Part shown: positions 53,396 through 62,342 of the stretch, piece after piece
Layout of the letters: the number at the start of each line of letters is the position of its first letter
Numbering within the stretch: position 1 is the first letter of the stretch
The notes under the pieces: generated by a model
Databases searched by the model: none
What the model was told of the DNA's origin: nothing
Seen by the model: the letters and a program-made list of their open reading frames with translations, nothing else
IMG/VR virus record: IMGVR_UViG_3300045988_174992
Source: a virus
Strand: one strand, 5' to 3'
Length of the DNA: 64,000 nucleotides
Position numbers and translations under genes: made by a program

Positions 53396-53995
53396 CTAAA
53401 TGGCATTATCATGCTCTAATTTCCATTTAGGTGTTTCTTCAATAAATGTTGACACAAAATCATCTAATATATCTTCTGGTGTATCTGTATTGTCAATCAA
53501 CTTTACAATATCATCAGATTTCTTATATTCATTGAATAAACTTAAAATATTATCAATTTCCTTTTCTGTAAAATCTTGATTTTCTTTCAACAAATTTACT
53601 CGATCTTTATACTCTTCTGGATTTCTCCAAAGCATAATGTAATTAGTCAATTTGAAGTTTGCTTCAATTTCTCTACCAAAATACTTTTCTACCACATGTT
53701 CACGATCAAATAAATCTGCAAATACATTATCAGTAAGCAAAAGACGATCCATTACAATTGGTCTATCAGTACCATTCAACTTTGCCATTGTATATAAGTC
53801 ATCAAGTACTTTACGAATTGTTTTTCTAATCCACTCTTCAAATTTTTGTGGATTTTTATAATCTACTCTTTCTTTTTCTGCTGATACTGGATTATATACT
53901 AAAAAATCATCAAATCTATTCTTCAAATTTTCTAATAATGTTCCTTTGCCAGTCCTATCACAACCCTCAAGAACTATAATGCGAATTTTTTCCAT
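53396..53995 (-). CDS. thymidylate-kinase-fold (d)NMP kinase
   Basis: P-loop IIVLEGCDRTGKGTLLENL parallels TMK IViEGleGaGKtT. IVMDRLLLTDNVF parallels TMK vigDRh.lStqAY. Confidence 0.6.
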   Translation of the reverse strand: MEKIRIIVLEGCDRTGKGTLLENLKNRFDDFLVYNPVSAEKERVDYKNPQKFEEWIRKTIRKVLDDLYTMAKLNGTDRPIVMDRLLLTDNVFADLFDREHVVEKYFGREIEANFKLTNYIMLWRNPEEYKDRVNLLKENQDFTEKEIDNILSLFNEYKKSDDIVKLIDNTDTPEDILDDFVSTFIEETPKWKLEHDNAI

Positions 53996-54120
53996 TTTTA
54001 TTTACAAACATAAATGTATTTATTACCATCAGTAGATGATTGATATTTATATTCAGGAATATGTGTTTTATTTTCTATCCACTTCATGTTTAATCAGTTT
54101 AAATATATTTTATATATAAA

Positions 54121-55350
54121 TTAGAATTTTGGCATATATTTTTCATACTTTTCAAATACAAATCTACGTTGTCTTTGAACAATCTCTCTATATAATGGTT
54201 CATTATTTTCTACTTTCTTAAGCTTATCAGCATAATCTTGTCCATTCTTACAATATGTATGTTCATATAACCAATCATCACACAATTCATGATTTGGATC
54301 AAAAGCTTCATCTACAAAACATACAATATCCATAAGCATCAAATCAAACCACCTTGGAGATATCTGATTACCTAATATACATTTGTTATGTGTTATCAAC
54401 GAAGACTTAGCATTTGATGGAACAAATTCCAACAAATCACGATAAGGCATATTTTTTACAAGCTCAATATCATGGTCAAAATCTATATGTTTAAAGAAAT
54501 TCTTATTACCTCCTTTAATTACTAAAAATGGTTTGTCAACTTTACTGTAAAATTCTTCTGTTCTAGCTATTCTATCTGAATCTTTAATATATCCATAATA
54601 GCAAGCAGAATACTTCTTATCATCAAAATCATAATTTCTCATTCTCAAATCCAAATCATCATTTAATGTGATGTAATAGTAAACATTAAAATTGAACCAA
54701 GACTTTGGCAATATCTTTATTCTATTCTCTTTAACATATTTATCATAATCTAATCCACAAAATGCTAAATCAAAATCATTTTCTATATTGCATATATCAT
54801 CATATCTAGATTCTAATAAAGATATTTCGTTTGCATAATTGTTTTCATTTATTCCATGGTTCCATGATGTTTTTAAATCTTTCTTTATAGCATGGCGATA
54901 AGTATGATGTCTAAAAAACCAAAGATTATATACTTCTGGATCATCATTAATGAATATAATTTTGTCATTTTGACCTTTTGATTTCCACCATTCATATATT
55001 CTATTCATACAAAATGGAAATGTCATAATAGCCATACCACCAAAATTATTTGTTTGAGCAGGAACAACCCACATATCATTTATATGATAATCTAGTAGCA
55101 AGTCTTTCTTTTCAATTCCATATATCAATGGACAATCTTTCAGTATGTTATTATATTTTTCACCGGAATTAGACAATGATGTTGCTAAAACATATACTTT
55201 ATCATATTTCAAAAACTCCGTCAAATATTTCCAATAATGATATACATTATACATTGTAATGTTATCTCTATTCACAAGTATATGTCTTACTGGTAATGTT
55301 ATACATGCTATTCTGCCCTTTCCATTAGGTTCTTCTATATGTTTAATCAT
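54121..55350 (-). CDS. T4 beta-glucosyltransferase-like (BGT-like) DNA glycosyltransferase candidate
   Basis: Three collinear blocks resemble T4 BGT as I recall it. DMWVVPAQTNNFGGM parallels DRLIVVNSSINFFGGK. SACYYGYIKDSDRIARTEEF parallels DVIYGGSFRSGQRESKMVEF. ISPRWFDLMLMDIVCFVDEAFDPNHEL parallels ITLRVWETMASDAVMLIDEEFDTKHRI. Confidence 0.55.
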   Translation of the reverse strand: MIKHIEEPNGKGRIACITLPVRHILVNRDNITMYNVYHYWKYLTEFLKYDKVYVLATSLSNSGEKYNNILKDCPLIYGIEKKDLLLDYHINDMWVVPAQTNNFGGMAIMTFPFCMNRIYEWWKSKGQNDKIIFINDDPEVYNLWFFRHHTYRHAIKKDLKTSWNHGINENNYANEISLLESRYDDICNIENDFDLAFCGLDYDKYVKENRIKILPKSWFNFNVYYYITLNDDLDLRMRNYDFDDKKYSACYYGYIKDSDRIARTEEFYSKVDKPFLVIKGGNKNFFKHIDFDHDIELVKNMPYRDLLEFVPSNAKSSLITHNKCILGNQISPRWFDLMLMDIVCFVDEAFDPNHELCDDWLYEHTYCKNGQDYADKLKKVENNEPLYREIVQRQRRFVFEKYEKYMPKF

Positions 55351-55406
55351 AAAATACTGTATCTCAACTTATTTCTAAGTTAAAAATACAGTATTAATTT
55401 TATGAT

Positions 55407-56000
55407 TTACTTATAGATTTCAAGTTCATCTTTATCCATCAGCATTAGTTGATATAATATATCTGCAAATCCTCCATGTCCACCTTGATATTTAGAAACA
55501 TAGTGAAAAAATTGCTTTATATATTCAAAGCAATTATCTGTAGTAGCACATATATTTGCTTTTGATGCGGCATTCAAATCACTTGGACTATCACCAATAA
55601 AAGCAACAATGTATCCAGCATCTCTGCATTTCCTAACCATTTCTTCTCTTTCTTTTGAATTTGCATTTGTAGCATGTAACATGAAAGAATTACTTATTCT
55701 TCTATCTGTAATATTACCTCCAGTCTTATCATCTGTTACGAATAAGAATTCCCATCCAAGATCCTTAGCAATATTAAATAATTCCTTATCATGGCAACCA
55801 TAAGTCTTGAATCGTTTTCTGTTTTCATCATAAGTCATATTTCCATCTGTCAATATGCCATCACAATCAGAAATTATGATTTTCTTCATATTGATATATT
55901 CTAAGGTATGCTTGGACTTAAAATAATCAGCCCAAGTCAAACCTTCTTTCAATATTATTCTTGATGTTTTGAATTTACTTTTTTCCATTAGTACATTCAT
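55407..56000 (-). CDS. KdsC-like HAD-IIIA sugar-phosphate phosphatase
   Basis: IIISDCDGILTDG parallels KdsC DvDGvlTDG. FIGDSPSDLNAA parallels yiGDD..Dl. C-terminal GGHGGFADIL parallels GG.GavRE. The start is uncertain (56000, 55988 or 55889). Confidence 0.65.
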   Translation of the reverse strand: MNVLMEKSKFKTSRIILKEGLTWADYFKSKHTLEYINMKKIIISDCDGILTDGNMTYDENRKRFKTYGCHDKELFNIAKDLGWEFLFVTDDKTGGNITDRRISNSFMLHATNANSKEREEMVRKCRDAGYIVAFIGDSPSDLNAASKANICATTDNCFEYIKQFFHYVSKYQGGHGGFADILYQLMLMDKDELEIYK

Positions 56001-57447
56001 TAATTATATTAGACAATCCAGAAATAGCATACTCAAATACAATATTCAATTTCATAATATCTTTTGCAAAGATTGGAAGCATACTAAGCAAATGAAGATA
56101 AATAGCTGTTTCAATAAACACATCACAATCTTCTATTTTTGGAAGTTCATCTACTTTATATGTCATTTCCTTTCTCAAAGCATCATCCAATCCAATCTCT
56201 ACCATATAAGCTTCTGATTGGTCAACAATTGGATGACAGAAAAATGATCCATTTCTTCTTGATATTGGATTATACAGTTTAATATCTCCAGTCATATTTA
56301 CAAGAACATTATGCGAATTGATGTTTCCATGAGTCAGTACCCATTCATCATTCGCTAAACCATCTATGAGAATATCACATGCATTATCTATAAGTGTTTG
56401 AATTTCTGCAAATGTTATGTTATTTTCAAAAAGCCTACGTGTATCACAAATTCCCTTCAATGGTTTACCATTATATTCTTCTAACAGAAATTTTACTGAA
56501 TATGACAATGGCACATCTACTTTATATCTTACAAAATCATTTAAAAGATTGGTAAGATTTATCTTTGATGCATGTGTATATCCTTCAAGATTATGCATAT
56601 CACAAGCATATCCATCTTCTGTCTTACTTACTGGCATATCTACAACATAATCACTAATTCCAGGATTATAAGATAAGAAAGAAGTCCAATCATACTGATA
56701 GTTCAAATGCTCATTTGTTTTTGATACGTATTGCATAGATTCTTTATCAGTATATGAAACCTCCATATCAGTAGGTAAAACCAAATCTTTCTGATAAGAA
56801 GTTGACATGATCTTCTTATATTCTGATAATGACTTATATTCAGTTATTTTTGTATTGATATTTGATTCAACAAAAGTAATCATACCATCATTTACTTTTT
56901 CTTGAATAATATCAATCAAATCTTTATTTTCATCACATGGCTTAGTTGGAATAACCTCTGAAATATCTTTGATCCAAAAAATACCTGGAACATTTCCATC
57001 ATAAGCAAATGATCTGTTTACAATCTTACCATCTTCTATATTATATCGATATTTTGCATCATTTACAGTAAAAATCACACAATTGTCTTTATCTTCAATT
57101 TTTCTATCCAATTTGAATTCATCATTATCAAACAAAATATCTGACCAGAAAAACAAAACATTCTTCTTTGGAAGCCAATCATATACAGAAGCTAAAGTAT
57201 TGCCTGAACCATTAGTATTGTTTGATACAATCACATCAACATTAAGATGATTGATTTCAATATAAGCTTTCATGATATTTGCAAACTTTTTATTTACAAC
57301 AATACTTATTGTATTTGCTTCATCAAAATAATCTAATTGCTTAATCAAAATTGGTGTTCCATCTTTTGATGGTAACAATATTTTAGGAAAACAAGAAAGT
57401 TCATTAAATCTGGTCTGTAATCCACCAGCTACTATTACAACATTCAT
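55975..57447 (-). CDS. bifunctional sugar-phosphate nucleotidyltransferase / kinase (LicC/LicA-like architecture)
   Basis: N-terminal VVIVAGGLQTRF parallels the NTP-transferase AGG.GTRl motif. C-terminal LTHGNINSHNVLV...DIKLYNP parallels the APH/choline-kinase H.D....N catalytic loop. Confidence 0.6.
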   Translation of the reverse strand: MNVVIVAGGLQTRFNELSCFPKILLPSKDGTPILIKQLDYFDEANTISIVVNKKFANIMKAYIEINHLNVDVIVSNNTNGSGNTLASVYDWLPKKNVLFFWSDILFDNDEFKLDRKIEDKDNCVIFTVNDAKYRYNIEDGKIVNRSFAYDGNVPGIFWIKDISEVIPTKPCDENKDLIDIIQEKVNDGMITFVESNINTKITEYKSLSEYKKIMSTSYQKDLVLPTDMEVSYTDKESMQYVSKTNEHLNYQYDWTSFLSYNPGISDYVVDMPVSKTEDGYACDMHNLEGYTHASKINLTNLLNDFVRYKVDVPLSYSVKFLLEEYNGKPLKGICDTRRLFENNITFAEIQTLIDNACDILIDGLANDEWVLTHGNINSHNVLVNMTGDIKLYNPISRRNGSFFCHPIVDQSEAYMVEIGLDDALRKEMTYKVDELPKIEDCDVFIETAIYLHLLSMLPIFAKDIMKLNIVFEYAISGLSNIINECTNGKK

Positions 57448-57459
57448 ATTTTATCTTTT

Positions 57460-58572
57460 TTATAAATTATTAATATTAATATAGAAACATCTATCACATG
57501 ATTTCATATTATATGAATTCATATCATATTGTTCCTTTGTTATGGCAAATTGACATCTTGCTTTTGGTGACATCATTTCCCATAAAGTTGCATGATTTAT
57601 GAAGTCTAAATCTTCAAAATAAGGAACAACCACATATTCTGATGACAACATAGTGAAATGTGTATTTCTATCAGTTGGTAATTTGATGAAAACAACATTT
57701 GAATTGAATTTCTTTTTCAAATCTTCCATAGCACCACTGTTGTTTGGATCTGTATAATACACAATAACTACATCGGCATAGTCATAATTGATATATGAAA
57801 TGACATCATCCACTTTATACCCTTCATCAGTCAATCTATAAGGAATATAATAAATAGAATAAGTACCTGTATCAAGACTATTAACTGTTTTAATAGTATC
57901 TTTCAATCCAAAATCTGTCATATAATCAAAATATTTCAGATTACGGTCAACCATCATATAATAAGGGTATATTGAACAATTTGGTAATGAAAATTTCTTT
58001 AATTGTGTTGGACTTTCTACAATTGACCAATCAGAAAGTTGAAACAATTTAGTATTCAAAATGTCATATCCCTCTAAGAAATTTCTTGTATGTTCATTAT
58101 CAATCTTACAAACTGGGCACCAGAAAACCTTTTCAAGTCTTCTAAACCAATATTGATCGCACAATAGATTTCCTAAGAATTGACTTTCAAATATTACAAT
58201 ATTAAAATCATTACCATTATCTGGATTGTTTATAAGTTCAAACAATTCCATTTCCATCTTACCCACAACATCATAATCACTTCTTTGTTCACCTGCATGC
58301 TTACCAAAATTATCTGACCAAATGATTTTAATGTTATCATTGTCTTTTATCCAACTATCAACAATATCATGTGATTCATTATTTTTTGGAAGCAATATTG
58401 TTAAACTTTTGAAATTCTTATGATGTTCAAAAAATGTAATGAAACGTACTACATTTCCATCACTATCTAAATTATACTTATTAGTCTCTCTATTAATAGA
58501 AGATATAATAGGTATGTACAAGATATTCTTATCTTGCATGTGATCGTCTACAAATTTCTTATCTATTGTCAT
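57460..58572 (-). CDS. putative second glycosyltransferase (weak BGT-like C-terminal motif)
   Basis: The ATG at 58572 (MTIDKKF...) overlaps the upstream stop by 14 nt; the track start is a GTG. DFINHATLWEMMSPKA weakly parallels BGT NFITLRVWETMASDA. Confidence 0.35.
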   Translation of the reverse strand: MTIDKKFVDDHMQDKNILYIPIISSINRETNKYNLDSDGNVVRFITFFEHHKNFKSLTILLPKNNESHDIVDSWIKDNDNIKIIWSDNFGKHAGEQRSDYDVVGKMEMELFELINNPDNGNDFNIVIFESQFLGNLLCDQYWFRRLEKVFWCPVCKIDNEHTRNFLEGYDILNTKLFQLSDWSIVESPTQLKKFSLPNCSIYPYYMMVDRNLKYFDYMTDFGLKDTIKTVNSLDTGTYSIYYIPYRLTDEGYKVDDVISYINYDYADVVIVYYTDPNNSGAMEDLKKKFNSNVVFIKLPTDRNTHFTMLSSEYVVVPYFEDLDFINHATLWEMMSPKARCQFAITKEQYDMNSYNMKSCDRCFYININNL

Positions 58573-58882
58573 GATCCTTTTCTTGCAATTTACATGATAC
58601 TTCATGAATAATATTGAATATGCTATCAATAAGATAGTCAAATTCTTCTTTATATTCACTACAAAGCCTTGAACCTTCTAATTGCTTATGTACATTTTTC
58701 ATTACATGATTCCATCTGTCTGGTTGTACAATAGGTTCACATGCTTTCTTCTTAACTCTTCCTATCAATATAGCATTATTCATTCTAGAAATCAAGAGGT
58801 TAACCAATGATCGGTCACCTCTTGTAATTTCTGCTCTACATGATTTGAGAAGTTTCAAATCCGAGTTAGTTATGTTAGTCAT
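58559..58882 (-). CDS. hypothetical protein (107 aa from ATG 58882)
   Basis: MTNITNSDLK... starts 8 nt inside the end of the U32-like gene. The longer track ORF (to 59014) lies within that gene. Confidence 0.5.
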   Translation of the reverse strand: MTNITNSDLKLLKSCRAEITRGDRSLVNLLISRMNNAILIGRVKKKACEPIVQPDRWNHVMKNVHKQLEGSRLCSEYKEEFDYLIDSIFNIIHEVSCKLQEKDHDNR

Positions 58883-60020
58883 ACAAATTATGTTCTTTAG
58901 CAAATTGTTCACAATAACGACAAGAATAACCACATTCATGGTTTTCACATTCCCATCCATTTCCATCCATCCACTTATTGATGAATCCATCAAGTTTCTT
59001 ATTTGGAATATCAATATCTGTTTTAGACTTCAATTCTGTCTTACCATCATAAATCGAGGAAAGAGGTTTCCATAATCCGAGAAGATTTCCATCATAAGTT
59101 TCTGACATATAAGCATTCATTATATATTCAAGATACTCAGTTGTTCCTGTTCTTCCTGATAACTTAAAATAATTTACTCCTGTTTTTTCTCGATAAATTT
59201 TCTGATCCTCTGGTCTAATCCATCGCATTCTTAGCCAAGCTTCTGGAGTAGATGAACGTGCAGACATACAATAACCCATTGGATAATTATTGTAAGACAT
59301 ACTATCCTCTTTTGTTTTGTTACATGCATGACAAAGATAACAAGAATCTCTGAATACACAATGAGTAGCATAATGATTTCCATTTGCATCTACTCCGGCA
59401 ACACCACAAAATTCATTTGCCATACATTCTAATATGCAACCATTTCTATCACAATAATCTTGTGCTTTAATCAAAAATTCCTTATTACGATTCTTAAGAA
59501 TTGAATTACAGAACTTATTTACTCCAAATGTTTCATGATAATACTTCAACTGGGTTACAGTATCAATATGAGAAATACATGACATCTCAATTTCAATATC
59601 CGATACTTCTCTAATAAAAAGCAACATCATTGGATTTGCCACAGTAATACGTACTACACCAATATTTTCAAGCCATTTTACAAGATCCTGAATATCCTTC
59701 TTATGATTCAACATCTCTATCTTTGAACCATAAGGTTGAATTGAATTCATTGTATAGTTGAATGCAATATTGTTATTCTTCAACTTCTTTACATAATTTG
59801 CAAAGAATTCTTTATCAATATCTGGCAATCTCCAACCTGGTCTTGCAGTTACTGCTTCATTACTTGCATCAGATCCAAAAAATTCTACAATCTGTGACTT
59901 ACCCTTATATTTCTTATTCAACTCTACAGCAACATCAATCAATTTAGGATCGAAATTACAACCTACTTTATAAAAGTTCATGTTCTTGTTACTGTAATCA
60001 AAATTAGGTTTCCAACTCAT
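58875..60020 (-). CDS. peptidase-U32-family (PrtC/RlhA/TrhP/UbiU-like) Cys-rich protein
   Basis: TIM-barrel-like N-terminal layout typical of U32 proteins (..VEFFGS..ARPGWR.., IAFNYTMN, IGVVRITVANP). Cys cluster CDRNGCILECMANEFCGV...HCVFRDSCYLCHAC sits at the position of the U32 Fe-S/signature region. Confidence 0.5.
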   Translation of the reverse strand: MSWKPNFDYSNKNMNFYKVGCNFDPKLIDVAVELNKKYKGKSQIVEFFGSDASNEAVTARPGWRLPDIDKEFFANYVKKLKNNNIAFNYTMNSIQPYGSKIEMLNHKKDIQDLVKWLENIGVVRITVANPMMLLFIREVSDIEIEMSCISHIDTVTQLKYYHETFGVNKFCNSILKNRNKEFLIKAQDYCDRNGCILECMANEFCGVAGVDANGNHYATHCVFRDSCYLCHACNKTKEDSMSYNNYPMGYCMSARSSTPEAWLRMRWIRPEDQKIYREKTGVNYFKLSGRTGTTEYLEYIMNAYMSETYDGNLLGLWKPLSSIYDGKTELKSKTDIDIPNKKLDGFINKWMDGNGWECENHECGYSCRYCEQFAKEHNLYD

Positions 60021-60050
60021 ATTTACTTCTTTCTTTTTAATTAAACTTAT

Positions 60051-60089
60051 TAATGATAATATAGTAATTAGACTAAAACAGGTTCAAAC
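60051..60089 (-). promoter_or_regulatory. host-type promoter of the U32-to-kinase operon, overlapping a terminator hairpin
   Basis: Minus strand reads GTTTGAACCTGTTTTAGTCTAATTACTATATTATCATTA. The 10-bp inverted repeat AACAGGTTCA / TGAACCTGTT is at 60077-60086 / 60097-60106. Confidence 0.5.
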
Positions 60090-60337
60090 TATTGTCTGAA
60101 CCTGTTATTAAAATCTTGCATATTCATTGCTAATACTTCTGCTGTCTTAGTAGATTGCATTATGTAAACTGCTTTACCAGAAAATGCATCTGCTGCTACT
60201 GTTTTCAGGTGCCAAATTACCCCAGTTTCTATTTCAGTATAATTTGGACATGTCTGATGATATATCCATAATGAAATTAAACTAATAAAACACGCACCTA
60301 ACAGTATTCCTAATAAGATTAATCCAACTTCTGCCAT
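60089..60337 (-). CDS. small membrane protein (82 aa)
   Basis: N-terminal TM segment GLILLGILLGACFISLISLWIY. Confidence 0.55.
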   Translation of the reverse strand: MAEVGLILLGILLGACFISLISLWIYHQTCPNYTEIETGVIWHLKTVAADAFSGKAVYIMQSTKTAEVLAMNMQDFNNRFRQ

Positions 60338-60342
60338 ATATA

Positions 60343-60852
60343 TTAATTAAATGTAAATTCCATTTCATAATAAGGATAGAATTTTTCTGACAATGACATT
60401 CCATTTCCTTCTTTAATAGACATTCTCTTACCACTAAGTCTCTTATAAAGTACTCTACCATCATTAAGGTGAACAGTAACATCAGTATAGTGATTCCATA
60501 TCTTACCATTAAGTATTGAATGGAATTTTACCTCTTTTACAGTTCCATAAGTAGTCTTTGACAACTTAACATCAGTATTGATTGTAGAATCACCTGTAAG
60601 TGAATATTCAACTACTGTCATTGTACCATTCTTATGTACATACTCATTTCTAATGAATGAAGTAGGTGTTATACAGCAGAAGTAAATTCCTACTAAACAT
60701 ACAATGATAATAGCTAAACTTCCAAAGAAACCTTTCTTATCATATCTGATATCATTCACAATATCAAAATTGCTTTCACTAAATGTTGAGTAAATGCAAT
60801 ATCCAAAGAACAAGCAAACTGATAACAATATTAAAATAATATCAATAACCAT
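60343..60852 (-). CDS. membrane protein (169 aa from ATG 60852)
   Basis: The track start is a TTG (60861). Two N-terminal TM segments. Confidence 0.6.
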   Translation of the reverse strand: MVIDIILILLSVCLFFGYCIYSTFSESNFDIVNDIRYDKKGFFGSLAIIIVCLVGIYFCCITPTSFIRNEYVHKNGTMTVVEYSLTGDSTINTDVKLSKTTYGTVKEVKFHSILNGKIWNHYTDVTVHLNDGRVLYKRLSGKRMSIKEGNGMSLSEKFYPYYEMEFTFN

Positions 60853-60874
60853 AATAATCAAATTTTTAAATTAA

Positions 60875-60909
60875 CATTATTAATATAGAATCTTTATAGA
60901 AAATTTCAA
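60875..60909 (-). promoter_or_regulatory. host-type promoter
   Basis: Minus strand reads ATTGAAATTTTCTATAAAGATTCTATATTAATAATG. Confidence 0.5.
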
Positions 60910-61199
60910 TTTAATTGCATCTTTTTACTTAAAATTCTCTGATAGATACTATACCTTACTTCTATACTAGCTAAGTTTAATTTTATATTTGATTCACGTT
61001 CTGATGCAGACAATGGCCTTTCTGATATGTATGGCACAGTCAAGTCATAATCAAATGTATACCAAGTCTTCCAAAGAAACTTGTGCTTCTTCTTATATAT
61101 AGCCCATTTGATATATACAGTAGTTTCTTCTGTTGGAGGAAACCCTACTTTTATATTTACTGGTCTACTATCTCTTTCTATTTCTACTATTCTACTCAT
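60906..61199 (-). CDS. hypothetical protein (97 aa from ATG 61199)
   Basis: The track start is a TTG inside the promoter motif. The ATG at 61199 (MSRIVEIERD...) abuts the -7 box. Confidence 0.55.
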   Translation of the reverse strand: MSRIVEIERDSRPVNIKVGFPPTEETTVYIKWAIYKKKHKFLWKTWYTFDYDLTVPYISERPLSASERESNIKLNLASIEVRYSIYQRILSKKMQLN

Positions 61200-61238
61200 A
61201 TTTATAATATAGTAAAGTATGTATAAACTTTTCAAAAG
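61200..61238 (-). promoter_or_regulatory. host-type promoter, leaderless arrangement
   Basis: Minus strand reads CTTTTGAAAAGTTTATACATACTTTACTATATTATAAATATG. Confidence 0.55.
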
Positions 61239-61273
61239 TATTTTTACATATATAAGATTTATTCAATTTGAAA

Positions 61274-62341
61274 ATGAAGTACAATGGAACAAACTACATT
61301 ACTGAACTGAAATCTATAGAATATATAGTAGAGAAGAACAGTAACAGTAAAGTAGAAAATCATACACAATTTACTAAGCTTAAGAAAGTAGAAAGAATAA
61401 TATTGATAGGTGAACTTTACTTGAATTCAGTAAAGATGCTTAAGAGAGATAAGATAAAAGTAGAATATGCAGATCCAACTAAGCTCAATTTTTCTTTCAA
61501 AGATGATAAGGTACATATATACAGTGGAGAGAAAGATTTACCTGATATAGTACTTACTAAAGCAGATTCTAAGAATACCATAGTATTGATGCGTAGTGGA
61601 TATACTAAGGAAGTGATAGCAGCTTTACTTGATGCCATCCAAGAATTAGATATACTGATATTGAACAACCAAGAAGCAGTAGCTATGTCATCTGACAAAT
61701 ATGCAACTGCATGTTTCTTGACAAAATCAGAACTTCCACAGCCAAAGTATGTACTTGCAACTTCTAGTGATATAGATAAAGAAGATCATAAGAAGCTAGA
61801 TGAAAAGCTAAAGCAACTCTATGGTAAGCTGGATGACGAATTAAAGTATGTTTGCAAGATATTGAATGGTCATGGTGGTAAAGGTGTATTTTGCTGTCGC
61901 GGAAAAAACATTGTATCTATATTGCAATGTTTGTTCAAACTGAAAGAAAACTGCCCTATACTCATACAAGACTTTCAAGAAATAAAAGATGGTGATATCA
62001 GAGCTCATGTACTTACATTGAATGGAAAGCAAAAGATATTGTCTTCTATCATGAGAAAGAAGGGAAAGGATTTCCGAACTAATCTCAGTCTTGGGTGTGA
62101 TATGGAAGATAATTACAAGATGACTCCAGAACAAGAAAAACTAGCTTTAGATGCTGCTAAAGCATCTGGATTGGAATGGTGTGGTGTAGATATGCTGCCA
62201 TTACAGAATGGAAATACTATAATAGTAGAATTGAATGGTGCACCAGGACCAAGTTCACCTATCAATGATCCTAACATAGAAGAAAATAATTTTAAGTTCT
62301 TCGAAAAGCTAGTAGAAGCTATAAATGAACTTTGTAAATAA
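61274..62341 (+). CDS. RimK-like ATP-grasp ligase 1
   Basis: The first ATG is 61274 (the track starts at a TTG). VCKILNGHGGKGVFCC, IQDFQE..DGDIRAHVL, RKKGKDFRTNLSLGC and WCGVDMLP...IIVELNGAPG match the RimK/ATP-grasp signature. Confidence 0.75.
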   Translation: MKYNGTNYITELKSIEYIVEKNSNSKVENHTQFTKLKKVERIILIGELYLNSVKMLKRDKIKVEYADPTKLNFSFKDDKVHIYSGEKDLPDIVLTKADSKNTIVLMRSGYTKEVIAALLDAIQELDILILNNQEAVAMSSDKYATACFLTKSELPQPKYVLATSSDIDKEDHKKLDEKLKQLYGKLDDELKYVCKILNGHGGKGVFCCRGKNIVSILQCLFKLKENCPILIQDFQEIKDGDIRAHVLTLNGKQKILSSIMRKKGKDFRTNLSLGCDMEDNYKMTPEQEKLALDAAKASGLEWCGVDMLPLQNGNTIIVELNGAPGPSSPINDPNIEENNFKFFEKLVEAINELCK

Positions 62342-62342
62342 A

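Noticed and set aside
53998-54087. A 29-codon minus-strand ORF (MKWIENKTHIPEYKYQSSTDGNKYIYVCK) lies in the gap between the BGT-like gene and the kinase gene.
   Set aside because: It is too short, with no motif and no promoter or coupling evidence beyond proximity. It is left unannotated.
58883-59014. The upstream part of track ORF 58559..59014 overlaps the 3-prime end of the U32-like gene in another frame.
   Set aside because: The internal ATG at 58882 gives the usual short start/stop overlap seen throughout this operon. The extension has no independent support.
13235-61238. The recurring TAATATAGAA...ATTTCAAAA repeats could superficially suggest a CRISPR-like or other dispersed repeat array.
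   Set aside because: Copies are irregularly spaced (hundreds to thousands of nt), always intergenic, oriented with the downstream gene and bipartite with a variable spacer. That is promoter behaviour, not a repeat-spacer array.
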